Below, in pieces: positions 46,104-56,502 of a DNA stretch of 64,000 nt. The translations under genes were made by a program, and so were the position numbers. Origin of the DNA: Verrucomicrobiaceae bacterium (lineage in GTDB: Bacteria > Verrucomicrobiota > Verrucomicrobiia > Chthoniobacterales > Chthoniobacteraceae); assembly GCA_031374705.1 (NCBI GenBank), contig JANMGP010000353.1:11099-75098 (forward strand), written 5' to 3'. Every line of letters starts with the position of its first letter. Within the stretch, counting starts at the first letter, position 1. The notes below the pieces were generated by a model. The model saw only the letters and a program-made list of their open reading frames with translations, was not told where the DNA came from and searched no databases.

Positions 46104-47138
46104 TTAAGGCTGCTCCACGCCTTCGGCGAGACGGCGTGTATGGAGTGCGCACCAATCTTCCAGGTTCGGGTCCGGTAGCGGTTCCCTCACGGCGATGGAG
46201 CAGGCGTTTTCGACTTCTGTAGAGCATTGGGCGCGCAGTTTATCGAATTGCGCGGACGTGGCCCATCCGGCGGCGGTGATTTGTTCGCGGGCCACGTCGA
46301 GGCTGTCGCGGCCAATCGGCGAGACTTTCAGCGCGTGGCTCATGTAGTGGAAATCATCGTGCTCCCCATGGCCGACGAGCCGGAGGAGATCCGCCACGAC
46401 CATCTGGGGCCCCTCGCCGGCACGGGCGCGTGCCACTGCTTCATGGACGACTTCGATGCACGCGGCCGGGTCCGTCCCGTCGATCTTGTAGCCCGGTACG
46501 CCGTAGCCGGCTGCGCGCTGCACGAGGTCTTCGCAAGCATACTGGCGGGAGTTTGGAGTGGAGTAGGCGTACTGATTATTCGCGACGACCACGACAAGCG
46601 GCAGCTTTTCCACGGCCGCCATGTTCAGCCCTTCGTGAAAGCTCCCGGTGGAAGTCGCTCCATCGCCTACACACGTCGCGCCGACCACTCCCGTCTCACC
46701 TTTCAGCCTGCGTGCAAAAAGTCCGCCGGACACCGTGGCGACCATCGCGCCGAGATGCGAAATCATCGCATAATAACCCTTCCCGGGCTGGCCGCGATGG
46801 ATGTTCCCGTCGCGACCACGCATCGGGCCGAGGCGCGAGCCGAGGTAGGTCCGCGTGGCGTCGAGCACCGACTCGCCAAACGCAAGCCGGCCCGCCATAT
46901 CGCGGATGAGCGGGGCAAAGATGTCGCCTTTTTTGAGCGCGGTGCCGAGCGCTGCGCTGAGCGCTTCCTGCCCGCGCCCGAGGAAAACTCCGCCTGTGAT
47001 TTTCCCGCCGCGGTACAGGCTGGCGAGCTTCTCTTCGAGGACGCGCGAAAGCAGCATCCAGCGGTAAACGCCGAGATAGCGCTCCTTGTTTTCGTTGGAT
47101 GCGACTTCAACGCTCCGGCTTGCACGGGCTTGCAACAT
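46104..47138 (-). CDS. 2-oxoacid dehydrogenase E1 component, alpha subunit (TPP-dependent)
   Basis: ORF 46104..47381 trimmed to ATG 47138 (MLQARASRSVEV..). YRWMLLSRVLEEKLASLYRGGKI. TPP motif GDGATSTGSFHEGLNMAA...VVANNQYA. Confidence 0.9.
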   Translation of the reverse strand: MLQARASRSVEVASNENKERYLGVYRWMLLSRVLEEKLASLYRGGKITGGVFLGRGQEALSAALGTALKKGDIFAPLIRDMAGRLAFGESVLDATRTYLGSRLGPMRGRDGNIHRGQPGKGYYAMISHLGAMVATVSGGLFARRLKGETGVVGATCVGDGATSTGSFHEGLNMAAVEKLPLVVVVANNQYAYSTPNSRQYACEDLVQRAAGYGVPGYKIDGTDPAACIEVVHEAVARARAGEGPQMVVADLLRLVGHGEHDDFHYMSHALKVSPIGRDSLDVAREQITAAGWATSAQFDKLRAQCSTEVENACSIAVREPLPDPNLEDWCALHTRRLAEGVEQP

Positions 47139-47383
47139 GGGCGCAGCGTAACGTCCCGCCGATGCAGATGGCAACGGTTTGTTGCGCTGCCTCACGAAGT
47201 TCGGGATTTGCCTGCCTTGCTGCGGAGGGATGCAATCGTTCCGCGCTCTTTTCGGCGAAACTCGCGGTGGAAAGCGATTGTGCGGTTGGGCTTCTGTTGT
47301 TCCAAAAAATCTGTTGTCGTCCGCACTTGCCATCTCACCTTCGAACTCTAAAGTCCGCCCCCACTTTAGGCACCCAATCACAG

Positions 47384-47986
47384 ATGAGCGCCATATTTCT
47401 CAAGAGGTTTTTCAAGAATCCATTTCAGGTCGCGTCCATCGTGCCCAGCTCCAAGACGTTGATCCGAAGGGTCTCGGACAAGATGGACCACTCCAGCCCC
47501 CGCGTGATCGCGGAGTACGGGCCGGGAGAAGGCTGCCATACCCGCGAGATTGTCCGCCGGATGCATCCCGATTCGAAACTTCTGCTGTTCGAACTCGACC
47601 AGGAACTCTCCGAGCATCTCAAGATTCAGTTCGCCGATGACTCGCGGGTCAGCGTGCACAATCTCGACTGCGCCCTCCTTCCCGAGGTGCTTGCAGAGAA
47701 GGGGCTTGCGCATTGCGATTACGTCGTTTCCGGAATTCCGTTCAGCATTCTGGAGAAAAAGAAGAAGCGCGAAATTTTGGAAAAAACGCACGCCGTGCTG
47801 TCTCCCGAGGCGCACTCGGCGTTCATCATTTATCAGGTGACGAATGAACTGAGGACGCGTGGTCATTGCGATCATTTCGAGAATGCCGAGAGCCAGTATT
47901 GCCTCGTGAATCTTCCCCCGATGTTCGTGACGAAGTTCTACAAACAGAAGCAAAACGGGAAGAATGGCGCGAACGGCGCGCACTGA
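47384..47986 (+). CDS. class I SAM-dependent methyltransferase (phospholipid N-methyltransferase / COG3963-like)
   Basis: ORF 47099..47986 trimmed to ATG 47384 (MSAIFLKRFFKNPFQVASIVPSS). Motif I VIAEYGPGEGCHT. Motif VVSGIPF. Confidence 0.7.
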   Translation: MSAIFLKRFFKNPFQVASIVPSSKTLIRRVSDKMDHSSPRVIAEYGPGEGCHTREIVRRMHPDSKLLLFELDQELSEHLKIQFADDSRVSVHNLDCALLPEVLAEKGLAHCDYVVSGIPFSILEKKKKREILEKTHAVLSPEAHSAFIIYQVTNELRTRGHCDHFENAESQYCLVNLPPMFVTKFYKQKQNGKNGANGAH

Positions 47987-48038
47987 AGGACGATCAATTT
48001 CCTGTTCGATCACCTGTCTTCCGCATTACGCATCGTGA

Positions 48039-49247
48039 ATGCCGAAAGCGCCAAAGTTTGATTCCATCGAAGACGTCCTCACGGAACTCCGCGCCGGACG
48101 CATGGTGATCGTGACCGATGACGAGGACCGCGAGAACGAAGGCGACCTCCTTATGGCTGCCGAAAAGGTGACGCCGGAAGCTGTGAATTTCATGGCCACG
48201 CACGGACGCGGCCTCATCTGCGTACCGCTTGCGGACGCGCGCGCCGAAGCACTCGGCCTTGAGCGGATGACCCGCGAAAACCGTGAAACACACAAAACGG
48301 ATTTCACCGTCGCGGTCGATGCTGCTGCGGGCGTGAGCACCGGAATCAGCGCAGCCGATCGCGCCAGGACAATCCACGTGCTCGCCGACCCGAAGTCACG
48401 CCCGGCGGATCTGGTGCAGCCTGGCCACGTCTTCCCACTCCGCGCAAAGCAGGGAGGCGTTCTGCGTCGCGCGGGGCACACTGAGGCAGGCGTGGATCTC
48501 GCAAGGATGGCCGGCCTCGAGCCCGCCGCCGTGATCTGCGAAATCATGAACGCAGACGGCACGATGGCGCGTCTCCCGCAGCTCGCCGCTTTCAAAAAGA
48601 AGCACAAACTCCGGATGTGCAGCATCGCCGAATTGATCGCATACCGCCGACGCAGCGAGCGGCTGGTCGTCGCGGAGCAGGTGGTGAAAATGCCGACCGA
48701 CTTCGGCGAGTTTGATTTACACCTTTACCGTTCCCTCGTGGACGGAGCGCACCACATCGCGCTGGTGAAAGGAACGATTTCGCCCCGGAAAAATACACTG
48801 GTCCGGGTCCACAGCGAGTGCCTTACAGGCGATATCTTCGGCTCAATGCGTTGCGACTGCGGTAACCAGCTTCACGCCGCGCTCGAACAGATCGACGCCG
48901 AGGGAAATGGCGTGCTGCTTTACATGCGGCAGCACGAAGGCCGCGGCATCGGTCTGCCGGCGAAAATTCACGCGTACAAGCTGCAGGAGGAGGGCCTCGA
49001 CACCGTGGAGGCGAATCTGAAACTTGGCTTCCCCGAGGAACTCCGCGACTACGGAGTCGGTGCGCAGATTCTCCACGACATCGGCGTCCGAAAGATGCGC
49101 TTCCTCACCAACAACCCGAAGAAGGTGGTAGGACTGGAAGGATACGGCCTGAAAATCGTCGAAGTCGTGCCGATTAAATCGACGCCCAATCCCCACAACG
49201 CAAAGTATCTGGAGACCAAGCGTCTCAAAATGGGACACATGCTTTAA
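48039..49247 (+). CDS. ribBA: bifunctional 3,4-dihydroxy-2-butanone-4-phosphate synthase / GTP cyclohydrolase II
   Basis: DRENEGDLLMAAE, THGRGLICVP, VHSECLTGDIFGSMRCDCG, YMRQHEGRGIGL. Confidence 0.95.
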   Translation: MPKAPKFDSIEDVLTELRAGRMVIVTDDEDRENEGDLLMAAEKVTPEAVNFMATHGRGLICVPLADARAEALGLERMTRENRETHKTDFTVAVDAAAGVSTGISAADRARTIHVLADPKSRPADLVQPGHVFPLRAKQGGVLRRAGHTEAGVDLARMAGLEPAAVICEIMNADGTMARLPQLAAFKKKHKLRMCSIAELIAYRRRSERLVVAEQVVKMPTDFGEFDLHLYRSLVDGAHHIALVKGTISPRKNTLVRVHSECLTGDIFGSMRCDCGNQLHAALEQIDAEGNGVLLYMRQHEGRGIGLPAKIHAYKLQEEGLDTVEANLKLGFPEELRDYGVGAQILHDIGVRKMRFLTNNPKKVVGLEGYGLKIVEVVPIKSTPNPHNAKYLETKRLKMGHML

Positions 49248-49301
49248 TCCGGTGGTCCGCTCTTGCTTCCGCGCGAGGTTCCGCCTTAGGTTCCGCGCGC
49301 C

Positions 49302-49604
49302 ATGACCCAACTTGACTGGAACCGAATTGCGGCCGATCCTGGATTTGCCGAACTCAAGCGCGCCAAGCGTCGCTTCATCATCCCCGCGACGATCTTCTTC
49401 CTCGTTTATTACATGGCGCTCCCGGTGCTCGTCGGTTTTTGGCCGGAGATGATGAAAAAGCCGGTCCTCGGCAAGGTGAACTCCGCCTACCTCTTCGCGC
49501 TCTCGCAGTTCATCATGACTTGGGTGATCTGCTGGCTCTACGTCCGCGCAGCAAGGAAGTGGGACATCATGAACGCGGAACTCCTCAAACGCCTCGGCCA
49601 CTGA
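49302..49604 (+). CDS. DUF485 (YjcH-like) inner-membrane protein
   Basis: 100 aa with two TM segments. FAELKRAKRRFIIPATIFFLVYY is typical of the family. It sits 5 nt upstream of actP, the canonical arrangement. Confidence 0.8.
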   Translation: MTQLDWNRIAADPGFAELKRAKRRFIIPATIFFLVYYMALPVLVGFWPEMMKKPVLGKVNSAYLFALSQFIMTWVICWLYVRAARKWDIMNAELLKRLGH

Positions 49605-49609
49605 TTTCA

Positions 49610-51298
49610 ATGTTCACTTTTCTCGCACAAGCCACTGCGCCCGCAGCGAGCGGATTCAAGTTCACGCCTGCGCTCGGGATGTTCCTCGCATTCGTTGCCG
49701 TGACTCTCGTCATCACCTATTTCAGCGCCCGCAAGGCAACCGGGAGCGCGGCTTATTTTGCGGCTGGACGGAGCATCAAGGGCTGGCAAAACGGACTCGC
49801 CGTCGCCGGCGACTACATGAGCGCAGCGAGCTTCCTCGGGATTTCGGGCATCATTTGTCTGAGCGGCTACGATGGATTCATGTATTCGGTCGGGTTCCTC
49901 GTTGCCTACCTGACCGTCCTCCTCCTCGTCGCCGAGCCCCTGCGAAATGCCGGTAAATACACAATGGCGGACCTTCTCGCCTATCGGATGAACCCGCGGC
50001 CCGTGCGCGCGATGGCTTCGCTTTCCACGCTTACGGTCTCCACCTTTTACATGATCGCGCAAATGGTCGGTGCAGGCGGAATCATCGAGAAACTCATCGG
50101 AATTCCGTTTGCCCCGGCGGTGATTGGCGTCGGCGCACTCATGCTGGTTTACGTGGTGTTTGGCGGGATGCTGGCGACGACCTGGGTGCAAATCATCAAG
50201 GCCATGTTGCTCATGTGCGGTGCGTTCGCGCTGAGCTGGATGGTGCTGGCAAAGTTCGACTTCAGCCTCGGGCGCTTTTTCGACGCCGTTGCGGCCGCGG
50301 ATTACGCTGGGAGTAAAGCAGCGAAAAACCTTCTCGACCCCGGACTCAAATACGGCGCGACCCTTGCAAATCCGTGGGGAGCGTGGGATTTCCTCTCACT
50401 GGCTCTGGGCCTTGTTCTGGGCACGGCGGGACTGCCTCACATACTTGTCCGGTTTTACACCGTGCCCGACGCAAAGACCGCGCGCGTCTCGGTAGTGTGG
50501 GCGACCGCGATCATCGGTGTGTTCTACATCCTGACGACATTCTTCGGTTTCGGCGCGGCAACCATTCTGAAACAATCGCTGGTCGCCTCCGACATCACGT
50601 CTGCGTTCATTCCGCTGGATGCGAAAGGCCAGCTCAATGGAAACATGGTTGCACCGACCCTCGCTCTGGTCCTGGGCGGTGACATGTTTTACGCGTTCAT
50701 CAGCGCCGTCGCGTTCGCTACAATTCTCGCTGTCGTCGCCGGGCTCACGATGAGCGCCAGCACGAGCTTCGCGCACGATTTTTACACCAACGTGATTCAT
50801 CATGGAAAACCGAAGACCCAAGGCGAGGAAGTGCGTGTTGCCCGCATTACGGCGTTTGTTGTCGGGGCGGTGAGTATCTCCCTCGCCATCCAGCTGGGAT
50901 CCAGCATCAACGCGGCGATGCTCGTCGGTCTGGCGTTTGCCGTCGCTGCATCTGCGAATCTTCCGGTCATCTTGTTCAGTGTCTTCTGGAAGCGTTTTAA
51001 CACCGCAGGCGCAGTTTCCGGGCTGGTCGTCGGGCTCGCGTCGTCGATTCTGCTGATCTTGCTCAGCAAGAACGGCCCGTGGGGCTGGGAGGCCGTCGTT
51101 CCGGGAGTCGCAAAACCTGTGAAAATGGGATTCTTCCCGCTGGAAAACCCCGGCATCGTCAGTATCCCGCTCGGCTTTCTCGGTGCTTATTTCGGCACGA
51201 TTTTCGGGAAGCGCGACCCGGAAGCGGAAGGGAAATTCGCCGAGCTGAGCGTGCGTGCCGAAACCGGCCTGGGTTCGGAGAAAAGCGGCGGGCATTAG
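49610..51298 (+). CDS. actP: cation/acetate symporter ActP (SSS family)
   Basis: ORF 49439..51298 trimmed to ATG 49610 (MFTFLAQATAP). GLPHILVRFYTVPDAKTAR. Multi-TM, 562 aa. Confidence 0.9.
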   Translation: MFTFLAQATAPAASGFKFTPALGMFLAFVAVTLVITYFSARKATGSAAYFAAGRSIKGWQNGLAVAGDYMSAASFLGISGIICLSGYDGFMYSVGFLVAYLTVLLLVAEPLRNAGKYTMADLLAYRMNPRPVRAMASLSTLTVSTFYMIAQMVGAGGIIEKLIGIPFAPAVIGVGALMLVYVVFGGMLATTWVQIIKAMLLMCGAFALSWMVLAKFDFSLGRFFDAVAAADYAGSKAAKNLLDPGLKYGATLANPWGAWDFLSLALGLVLGTAGLPHILVRFYTVPDAKTARVSVVWATAIIGVFYILTTFFGFGAATILKQSLVASDITSAFIPLDAKGQLNGNMVAPTLALVLGGDMFYAFISAVAFATILAVVAGLTMSASTSFAHDFYTNVIHHGKPKTQGEEVRVARITAFVVGAVSISLAIQLGSSINAAMLVGLAFAVAASANLPVILFSVFWKRFNTAGAVSGLVVGLASSILLILLSKNGPWGWEAVVPGVAKPVKMGFFPLENPGIVSIPLGFLGAYFGTIFGKRDPEAEGKFAELSVRAETGLGSEKSGGH

Positions 51299-51467
51299 CC
51301 TTTCCGTCCGGAAAACACTTTTGCGGAAAGTAGCGGGCACCACGCATGGTCGCGTGCGGTCCGTGAAGCAATTTTGGTGATAATGGGGCGAAGTAAACAA
51401 ACTGTTACTTCACTCCCGTTGACCGCTGAACAGGCTGACTGTCCTTTCGTTGAAAGATAAAACGTTA

Positions 51468-52190
51468 ATGCACATAGCCCTGTACACCCACGATCAATCC
51501 CTTGCCGCAGAACTGAGGCCCGCACTCCATGAATCCGGATTTGGAAGCAGCGTCCTCGCTGAACCTTCGGCCATTCCGGTCGTCGCGGCCGGGCAGGACG
51601 TGCTGATTCTTGACCTGAAGGCAACGAGCGACGAATTGGAAACCATACTCTCAATTGCGAGGAGTGGCGCGCCAGACATCGCGATCCTTGGGATTGCGAC
51701 TGGAAATGCAGCCGACGAGAGAATCGCTGCGCTGCGGGCCGGCCTCGACGACTGTGTCTCCCGCTCGTTTTCACCTGTCGAAATCGCGCTCCGGGTGCAG
51801 TCGCTCGTTCGAAGGGCGACAGGCCGCGGGGAGACCGTACTCAAATTTGCCGATATCCTGTTGGACCGCGTGGCGCGGACGGTGACGCGTAGCGGCCGAC
51901 CACTGTATCTTACGGATCGCGAATACCGCACGCTCGAGTACTTCATCCGAAATGCAGGGCGCGTCATATCGCCGCTGGAACTGTGCGAACAAGTTTGGCA
52001 GTTCCACTTCGATCCGTGTTCGAATGTCGTGCAGGTTTTCATCATGCGGCTTCGGAAGAAAATCGACGATGACTTTCCTCAAAAGGTTGTCCACACAGTC
52101 CCGAGAGGAGGATACGTGCTGCGGCGTGAATCCGACCTGATATCGCCTGCCAAAACCTCGCCGCCCCAACTGGCTGGAGCGGCTGCTTAA
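51468..52190 (+). CDS. OmpR/PhoB-family response regulator with an atypical (partly degenerate) receiver domain
   Basis: Winged-helix output REYRTLEYFIRNAGRVISPLELCEQVW...VHTVPRGGYVL. The receiver keeps the Asp of DVLILDL but reads ALYTHDQ where the acidic pair is expected and CVSRSF where the conserved KPF lysine is expected. Confidence 0.75.
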   Translation: MHIALYTHDQSLAAELRPALHESGFGSSVLAEPSAIPVVAAGQDVLILDLKATSDELETILSIARSGAPDIAILGIATGNAADERIAALRAGLDDCVSRSFSPVEIALRVQSLVRRATGRGETVLKFADILLDRVARTVTRSGRPLYLTDREYRTLEYFIRNAGRVISPLELCEQVWQFHFDPCSNVVQVFIMRLRKKIDDDFPQKVVHTVPRGGYVLRRESDLISPAKTSPPQLAGAAA

Positions 52191-52265
52191 CAGTTCAGTA
52201 ATAATGAAGCCTAGCGTCATTCTGGCTGGCGTAGTCGGCTGCGGACTGGCAGATAGGAAGGATTC

Positions 52266-52949
52266 ATGCGAATCCTCGTAGTCGAAGACGAAGAAAAGAT
52301 CGCGATCCTTATATCGCGGGCTCTCCAGAAAGCAGGCCATTCGGTCGAAACGCGTTCTGATGGAGCGCTCGCGCTTTCCGCCATTATGGGCAATCATTTC
52401 GATCTCGTGATCCTTGATGTCAATCTTCCGGTGATGGACGGATTTGCCGTCCTTCAGAAATTGCGCGAGGCCCGGAACCACACCCGCGTCCTTCTTCTCA
52501 CCGCCCGCGACAGCGTCTCGGATCGCGTTTCCGGACTGCGCTCCGGCGCGGACGACTATCTCACAAAGCCGTTTGCGATGGAGGAACTCATGGCAAGGAT
52601 CGACGTCATCGGGCGACGCGCACCTTCACCAAACCAAGGCGACATCATCGATGTCGGTGATCTCCGCATGGATATCCGCAAGCATCGCGTGACTCGCGCC
52701 GGTGCACTGGTCGACCTTTCGCCCCGGGAATTTGAGTTACTGCAAATCTTCATGCAAGAGCCCGGACGGACGTTCACCCGTGAGGAAATTTGCGAGCGAA
52801 TCTGGGAACGGGAGCACGAATATGACACGCGCACCGTTGAGATTTTCATCATGCGTTTGCGGAAGAAACTCAGCGACGGCCGTGATGAGACGCTGATCGA
52901 GACCATTCGTGGAGTGGGCTACGTCCTGCATCGCGTGCCGGGGCACTAG
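52266..52949 (+). CDS. OmpR/PhoB-family response regulator (canonical)
   Basis: MRILVVEDEEKI, DLVILDVNLPVMDG, LLLTARD, DDYLTKPF. Output REFELLQIFMQEPGRTFTREEI...IETIRGVGYVL. Confidence 0.92.
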   Translation: MRILVVEDEEKIAILISRALQKAGHSVETRSDGALALSAIMGNHFDLVILDVNLPVMDGFAVLQKLREARNHTRVLLLTARDSVSDRVSGLRSGADDYLTKPFAMEELMARIDVIGRRAPSPNQGDIIDVGDLRMDIRKHRVTRAGALVDLSPREFELLQIFMQEPGRTFTREEICERIWEREHEYDTRTVEIFIMRLRKKLSDGRDETLIETIRGVGYVLHRVPGH

Positions 52950-52966
52950 CCTTCCGCTGTCCGACC

Positions 52967-54322
52967 ATGCGATTTCCATTGAAGTTTCAGGTCGGGCTTT
53001 ATGCGGCGATCGTCTCCGCCATCGCGCTGGCGATCATGCCGACGATCATTCGGCCGTTTATCTATCATCAGCAGCTCAGTGAACTTGATTCTGAGTTGAA
53101 GTTGAATGCCGAGGATATCTTCGAGGATCTCATTGCCCGCTCTGCGAAAGGCATCGATGCGCGCCGGCCCCTCACTCGAGATTTCATCCCGCAGTATCTG
53201 AAGCTCCGTTTCATACGCATCTGGAACAGCGACGGCTCCGAGATTTACCGTTCTTCAAACTGGAAGGACTTCGAACCGAGGAATCTTCCTCCAGGTCTGA
53301 AGACAGTCGTCATACTGGGCCGGAACTGTCGTGTCGCGACTTTGGAAAAGGACAATTTCTGGATCAGCATCGGCACGAAACTGGGCACGATCGAGGGAAT
53401 GCAGACGGACCTGAATTTTGCATTCACGGTCGCACTTCCAATCGTCTCCGTGCTCGTTCTCGCAGGGGCGATATGGGTCGCGCGGCGCGCGTTGAGACCA
53501 ATCGCTGACATGACCGCGGCGGCGGAGCGAATCAGCGTGAAGCATCCAAAGGAGCGGCTTCCGGTGCCGGATACGAGTGACGAAATTGAACGGCTTTCGC
53601 GCGTCCTGAACGCCTCATTCGATCGCCTTGAGATGGCGTATTCCGCGTCGGAGCGATTCTCATCGGCGGCTTCGCATCAGCTCAAGACGCCCCTGACGAT
53701 CCTTCGGGCAGGACTCAGCGAACTGCGCGGGTGCGATTACCTCCAGCCGGCCGAGCGGGAGACTGTGGAATCACTTCTCCAGCAAACACGGCGTTTGACG
53801 ACGATGTGCGAGGATTTGCTGCTCCTCGCGCAGGCCGACGCGGGTCACCTCGACATCCGGCCCGAAGCGCTCGACATTGTCCCCGCATTGCGGAGCGCGG
53901 TGGACGACATGGAGGTGCTGGGTATCAACCAAAACATCAAGATCCAGCATGATTTTCCACCAACCCTGGTGGTGACCGCAGACCCTCGTCGTATCGCGAT
54001 TGTTCTCCAAAACCTCGGCGAAAACGCAGTGAAATACAATCGTCGCGATGGAAGTATCCGCATCTCAATTCGCGAGGAAAAGGAGCGGGCAATTATCTCC
54101 ATCGCCAGCACCGGTCCGTGCATCGTGCCGGAGGACGCGGAGCGGATTTTCGAGCGTTTCAATCGCGGTGCGACTGGCGAAAACCTCAAGGGGCACGGGC
54201 TCGGACTCAGTATCGCGAGAGAACTCGCGCGAGCCCACGGCGGCGATCTCCGCCTCGCGCGCTCCGATGAAAACTGGACTGAGTTCGAGCTCGTCCTTCC
54301 CCTAGTCCCTCCCCTCACGTAG
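52967..54322 (+). CDS. sensor histidine kinase (2 TM, HAMP, HisKA, HATPase_c)
   Basis: H-box FSSAASHQLKTPLT, N-box LQNLGENAVKYN, G-boxes TGPCIVPED and GHGLGLSIARELARAHGG. Confidence 0.9.
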   Translation: MRFPLKFQVGLYAAIVSAIALAIMPTIIRPFIYHQQLSELDSELKLNAEDIFEDLIARSAKGIDARRPLTRDFIPQYLKLRFIRIWNSDGSEIYRSSNWKDFEPRNLPPGLKTVVILGRNCRVATLEKDNFWISIGTKLGTIEGMQTDLNFAFTVALPIVSVLVLAGAIWVARRALRPIADMTAAAERISVKHPKERLPVPDTSDEIERLSRVLNASFDRLEMAYSASERFSSAASHQLKTPLTILRAGLSELRGCDYLQPAERETVESLLQQTRRLTTMCEDLLLLAQADAGHLDIRPEALDIVPALRSAVDDMEVLGINQNIKIQHDFPPTLVVTADPRRIAIVLQNLGENAVKYNRRDGSIRISIREEKERAIISIASTGPCIVPEDAERIFERFNRGATGENLKGHGLGLSIARELARAHGGDLRLARSDENWTEFELVLPLVPPLT

Positions 54323-54335
54323 TCGTTTCGAAATT

Positions 54336-55190
54336 ATGCTGAAGACATTGCTTAAACTCTCCTGTCCGGACCGGGTGGGACTCCTCTCAGGAATCACCGC
54401 ATTCATCGCCGAACACGGTGGAAATCTCGACGAAGTCCACCAGTTTACCGATTCGGAAGCCGGTTGGTTTTTCACGCGAATGGCTATTGATACGGACACG
54501 CTGCGGAGTTCGCTCGCTTCCCTCCGTGCGGAGTTCGCGCCGCTTGCTGCGGAGCTCGGTGCTCAGTGGAGTATTCGCCGCGAGAATGATCGGATGCGTG
54601 TGGTGCTCATGGTTTCAAAACTCGGCCACTGCCTCGCCGACATTCTCTGGCGCTGGAAATCCGGGGAACTGGGATGCGAAATCGCGGCGGTCATCGCCAA
54701 TCACGAAGATTTCCGCGGAACCGTTGAACGCGAAGGCCTGCCGTTCCACCACATCCCGCTGAACGCAGAAAATAAGACGGCCGCTTTTCAGCAAATCGAG
54801 CGGATATGGACGGATGCAGGAGCAGACCTCGTCGTCCTTGCACGGTATATGCAAGTGGTTCCAGCCGATGTTTGCGAACGGTGGGAGGGGCGCATCATGA
54901 ATATCCACCACTCGTTCCTTCCCTCGTTCGTCGGGGCAAATCCCTACAAGCGCGCGTGGGAGCGTGGCGTAAAACTCATCGGCGCGACGTGTCATTATGT
55001 GACCGGCGACCTCGACGAGGGTCCCATCGTCGAACAGGAGGTCATCCGGGTGGACCATTTTCACGACACGGACGACCTGTTGCGGCTCGGTCGCGATTGT
55101 GAAAGGCAGGCGCTTGCCCGCGGAGTCCGGTGGCACATTTCCGACCGCGTGCTGCTTCATGGAAAACGGACGGTCGTTTTCCGCGATTGA
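54336..55190 (+). CDS. purU: formyltetrahydrofolate deformylase
   Basis: N-terminal ACT domain (LKLSCPDRVGLLSGITAFIAEHGGN). IMNIHHSFLPSFVGANPYKRAWERGVKLIGATCHYVTGDLDEGPIVEQ. Confidence 0.93.
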   Translation: MLKTLLKLSCPDRVGLLSGITAFIAEHGGNLDEVHQFTDSEAGWFFTRMAIDTDTLRSSLASLRAEFAPLAAELGAQWSIRRENDRMRVVLMVSKLGHCLADILWRWKSGELGCEIAAVIANHEDFRGTVEREGLPFHHIPLNAENKTAAFQQIERIWTDAGADLVVLARYMQVVPADVCERWEGRIMNIHHSFLPSFVGANPYKRAWERGVKLIGATCHYVTGDLDEGPIVEQEVIRVDHFHDTDDLLRLGRDCERQALARGVRWHISDRVLLHGKRTVVFRD

Positions 55191-55197
55191 GCACCGG

Positions 55198-56502
55198 TCA
55201 ACCCTTCGGCACCGCGACCTTTATCGGAGGTCTGCGCTGCGAGGAATAGATGCTCGAGCGACCGCTCGCCAAAAACGCGATGAAGCATGCCGCCGCAAGA
55301 TAGATGCTGTGGGTCGGGCCGAAGAGCTCCACACCCATGATGGTGCACGCCAGCGGTGTATTTGTGGCACCAGCAAAAATCGCCACGAAACCCACGGCTG
55401 CAAAAAGATCGGTCGGCGCTCCCAGCGGACCCGCGAGCGCATTGCCGAGTGCGGCACCGATGAAGAACAGAGGCGTGACTTCGCCTCCTTTGAACCCCGC
55501 ACCGAGTGTCACGACAGTAAAAACCGTTTTCCATATCCAGCTCCACGGATGAATCTCCGGCGAAGTGAAAAACGACGGGATGGTGATCGCATTTGGATCA
55601 AGCGACCAGACGCCGAGGCCCAGATAATCGGGTGTGCGAGATATCAAGAACAGCCCGATAACGAGCGCTCCGCCGAGCACCGGGCGAAGTGGTGCAAATG
55701 GAACGAGCTTCTTAAAGAGCGTCACTGCTCCGTGTGAAAGCGCCGCGAATCCCCAACTCGCGAATCCAAACACCACGGCAGCGAGCGTGATTTTCAAGAA
55801 CAGCAATGGTTGGAAGTGAACCAGTGGTGGTGTGCCACCCGCCGGAAAGCCGATTGCGTAATGAGTGTGGTGGATTCCCCACGCGTCGCATGTCCAATCC
55901 GCAACGAACGCTGCGGCAAGGCACGGCAAGATTGACTGGTATCGGAGGCGTCCGACCGTCAGCACCTCCATCGCAAACACTGCACCCGCTAGCGGTGTGC
56001 CGAACACGGCCCCGAACCCCGCGGCGACCCCAGCCATCAGCATCGTCCGCACGGAATCCGGCGTGACTTGGAAAAGCCGGCAGCATGCGCTCGCGATGCT
56101 CCCTCCCATCTGCACCGCAGTCCCTTCTCGCCCGGCGGAACCGCCGAACAAATGCGTGACGAGCGTGCCGAATAAAATCAGCGGAGCCATCCGCCGGGGG
56201 ACGCCGCCGCCGGGGCGGTGGATCTCATCAAGAATGAGATTATTTCCCGCCTCTGCGGAACGGCCGATCCAGTGATAAAGCCAGCCGACTGCGAAACCCG
56301 CCGCCGGAAGCAGGTAAAGGAGCCAAGGGTGGCGAAAGCGAATGCCTGTCACTGCGTCGAGACTCCACAAAAAAAACGCGCACGCCGAGCCGACTGCCAC
56401 CGCCATCGGGATCACCAGCGCGAGCTCTTTCAATACGCCCTTTGTCCGGGCAATCCAGACGGCAGGCGTGTGTTGAAAAGTATCCATTCCTTCCACTGCC
56501 AT
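55198..56502 (-). CDS. CLC-family channel/antiporter with CLC-F (fluoride/proton antiporter, N-T clade) signature residues
   Basis: ORF 55198..56562 starts at TTG and was trimmed to the first ATG at 56502. It has GNNLIL where canonical CLCs have GSGIP, and [10 protein letters not shown] where they have G(K/R)EGP. It also has [13 protein letters not shown]. Confidence 0.75.
   Translation of the reverse strand: MAVEGMDTFQHTPAVWIARTKGVLKELALVIPMAVAVGSACAFFLWSLDAVTGIRFRHPWLLYLLPAAGFAVGWLYHWIGRSAEAGNNLILDEIHRPGGGVPRRMAPLILFGTLVTHLFGGSAGREGTAVQMGGSIASACCRLFQVTPDSVRTMLMAGVAAGFGAVFGTPLAGAVFAMEVLTVGRLRYQSILPCLAAAFVADWTCDAWGIHHTHYAIGFPAGGTPPLVHFQPLLFLKITLAAVVFGFASWGFAALSHGAVTLFKKLVPFAPLRPVLGGALVIGLFLISRTPDYLGLGVWSLDPNAITIPSFFTSPEIHPWSWIWKTVFTVVTLGAGFKGGEVTPLFFIGAALGNALAGPLGAPTDLFAAVGFVAIFAGATNTPLACTIMGVELFGPTHSIYLAAACFIAFLASGRSSIYSSQRRPPIKVAVPKG

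Noticed and set aside
47987-48038. FMN riboswitch in front of ribBA
   Set aside because: The gap is only 52 nt and shows no RFN-element features.
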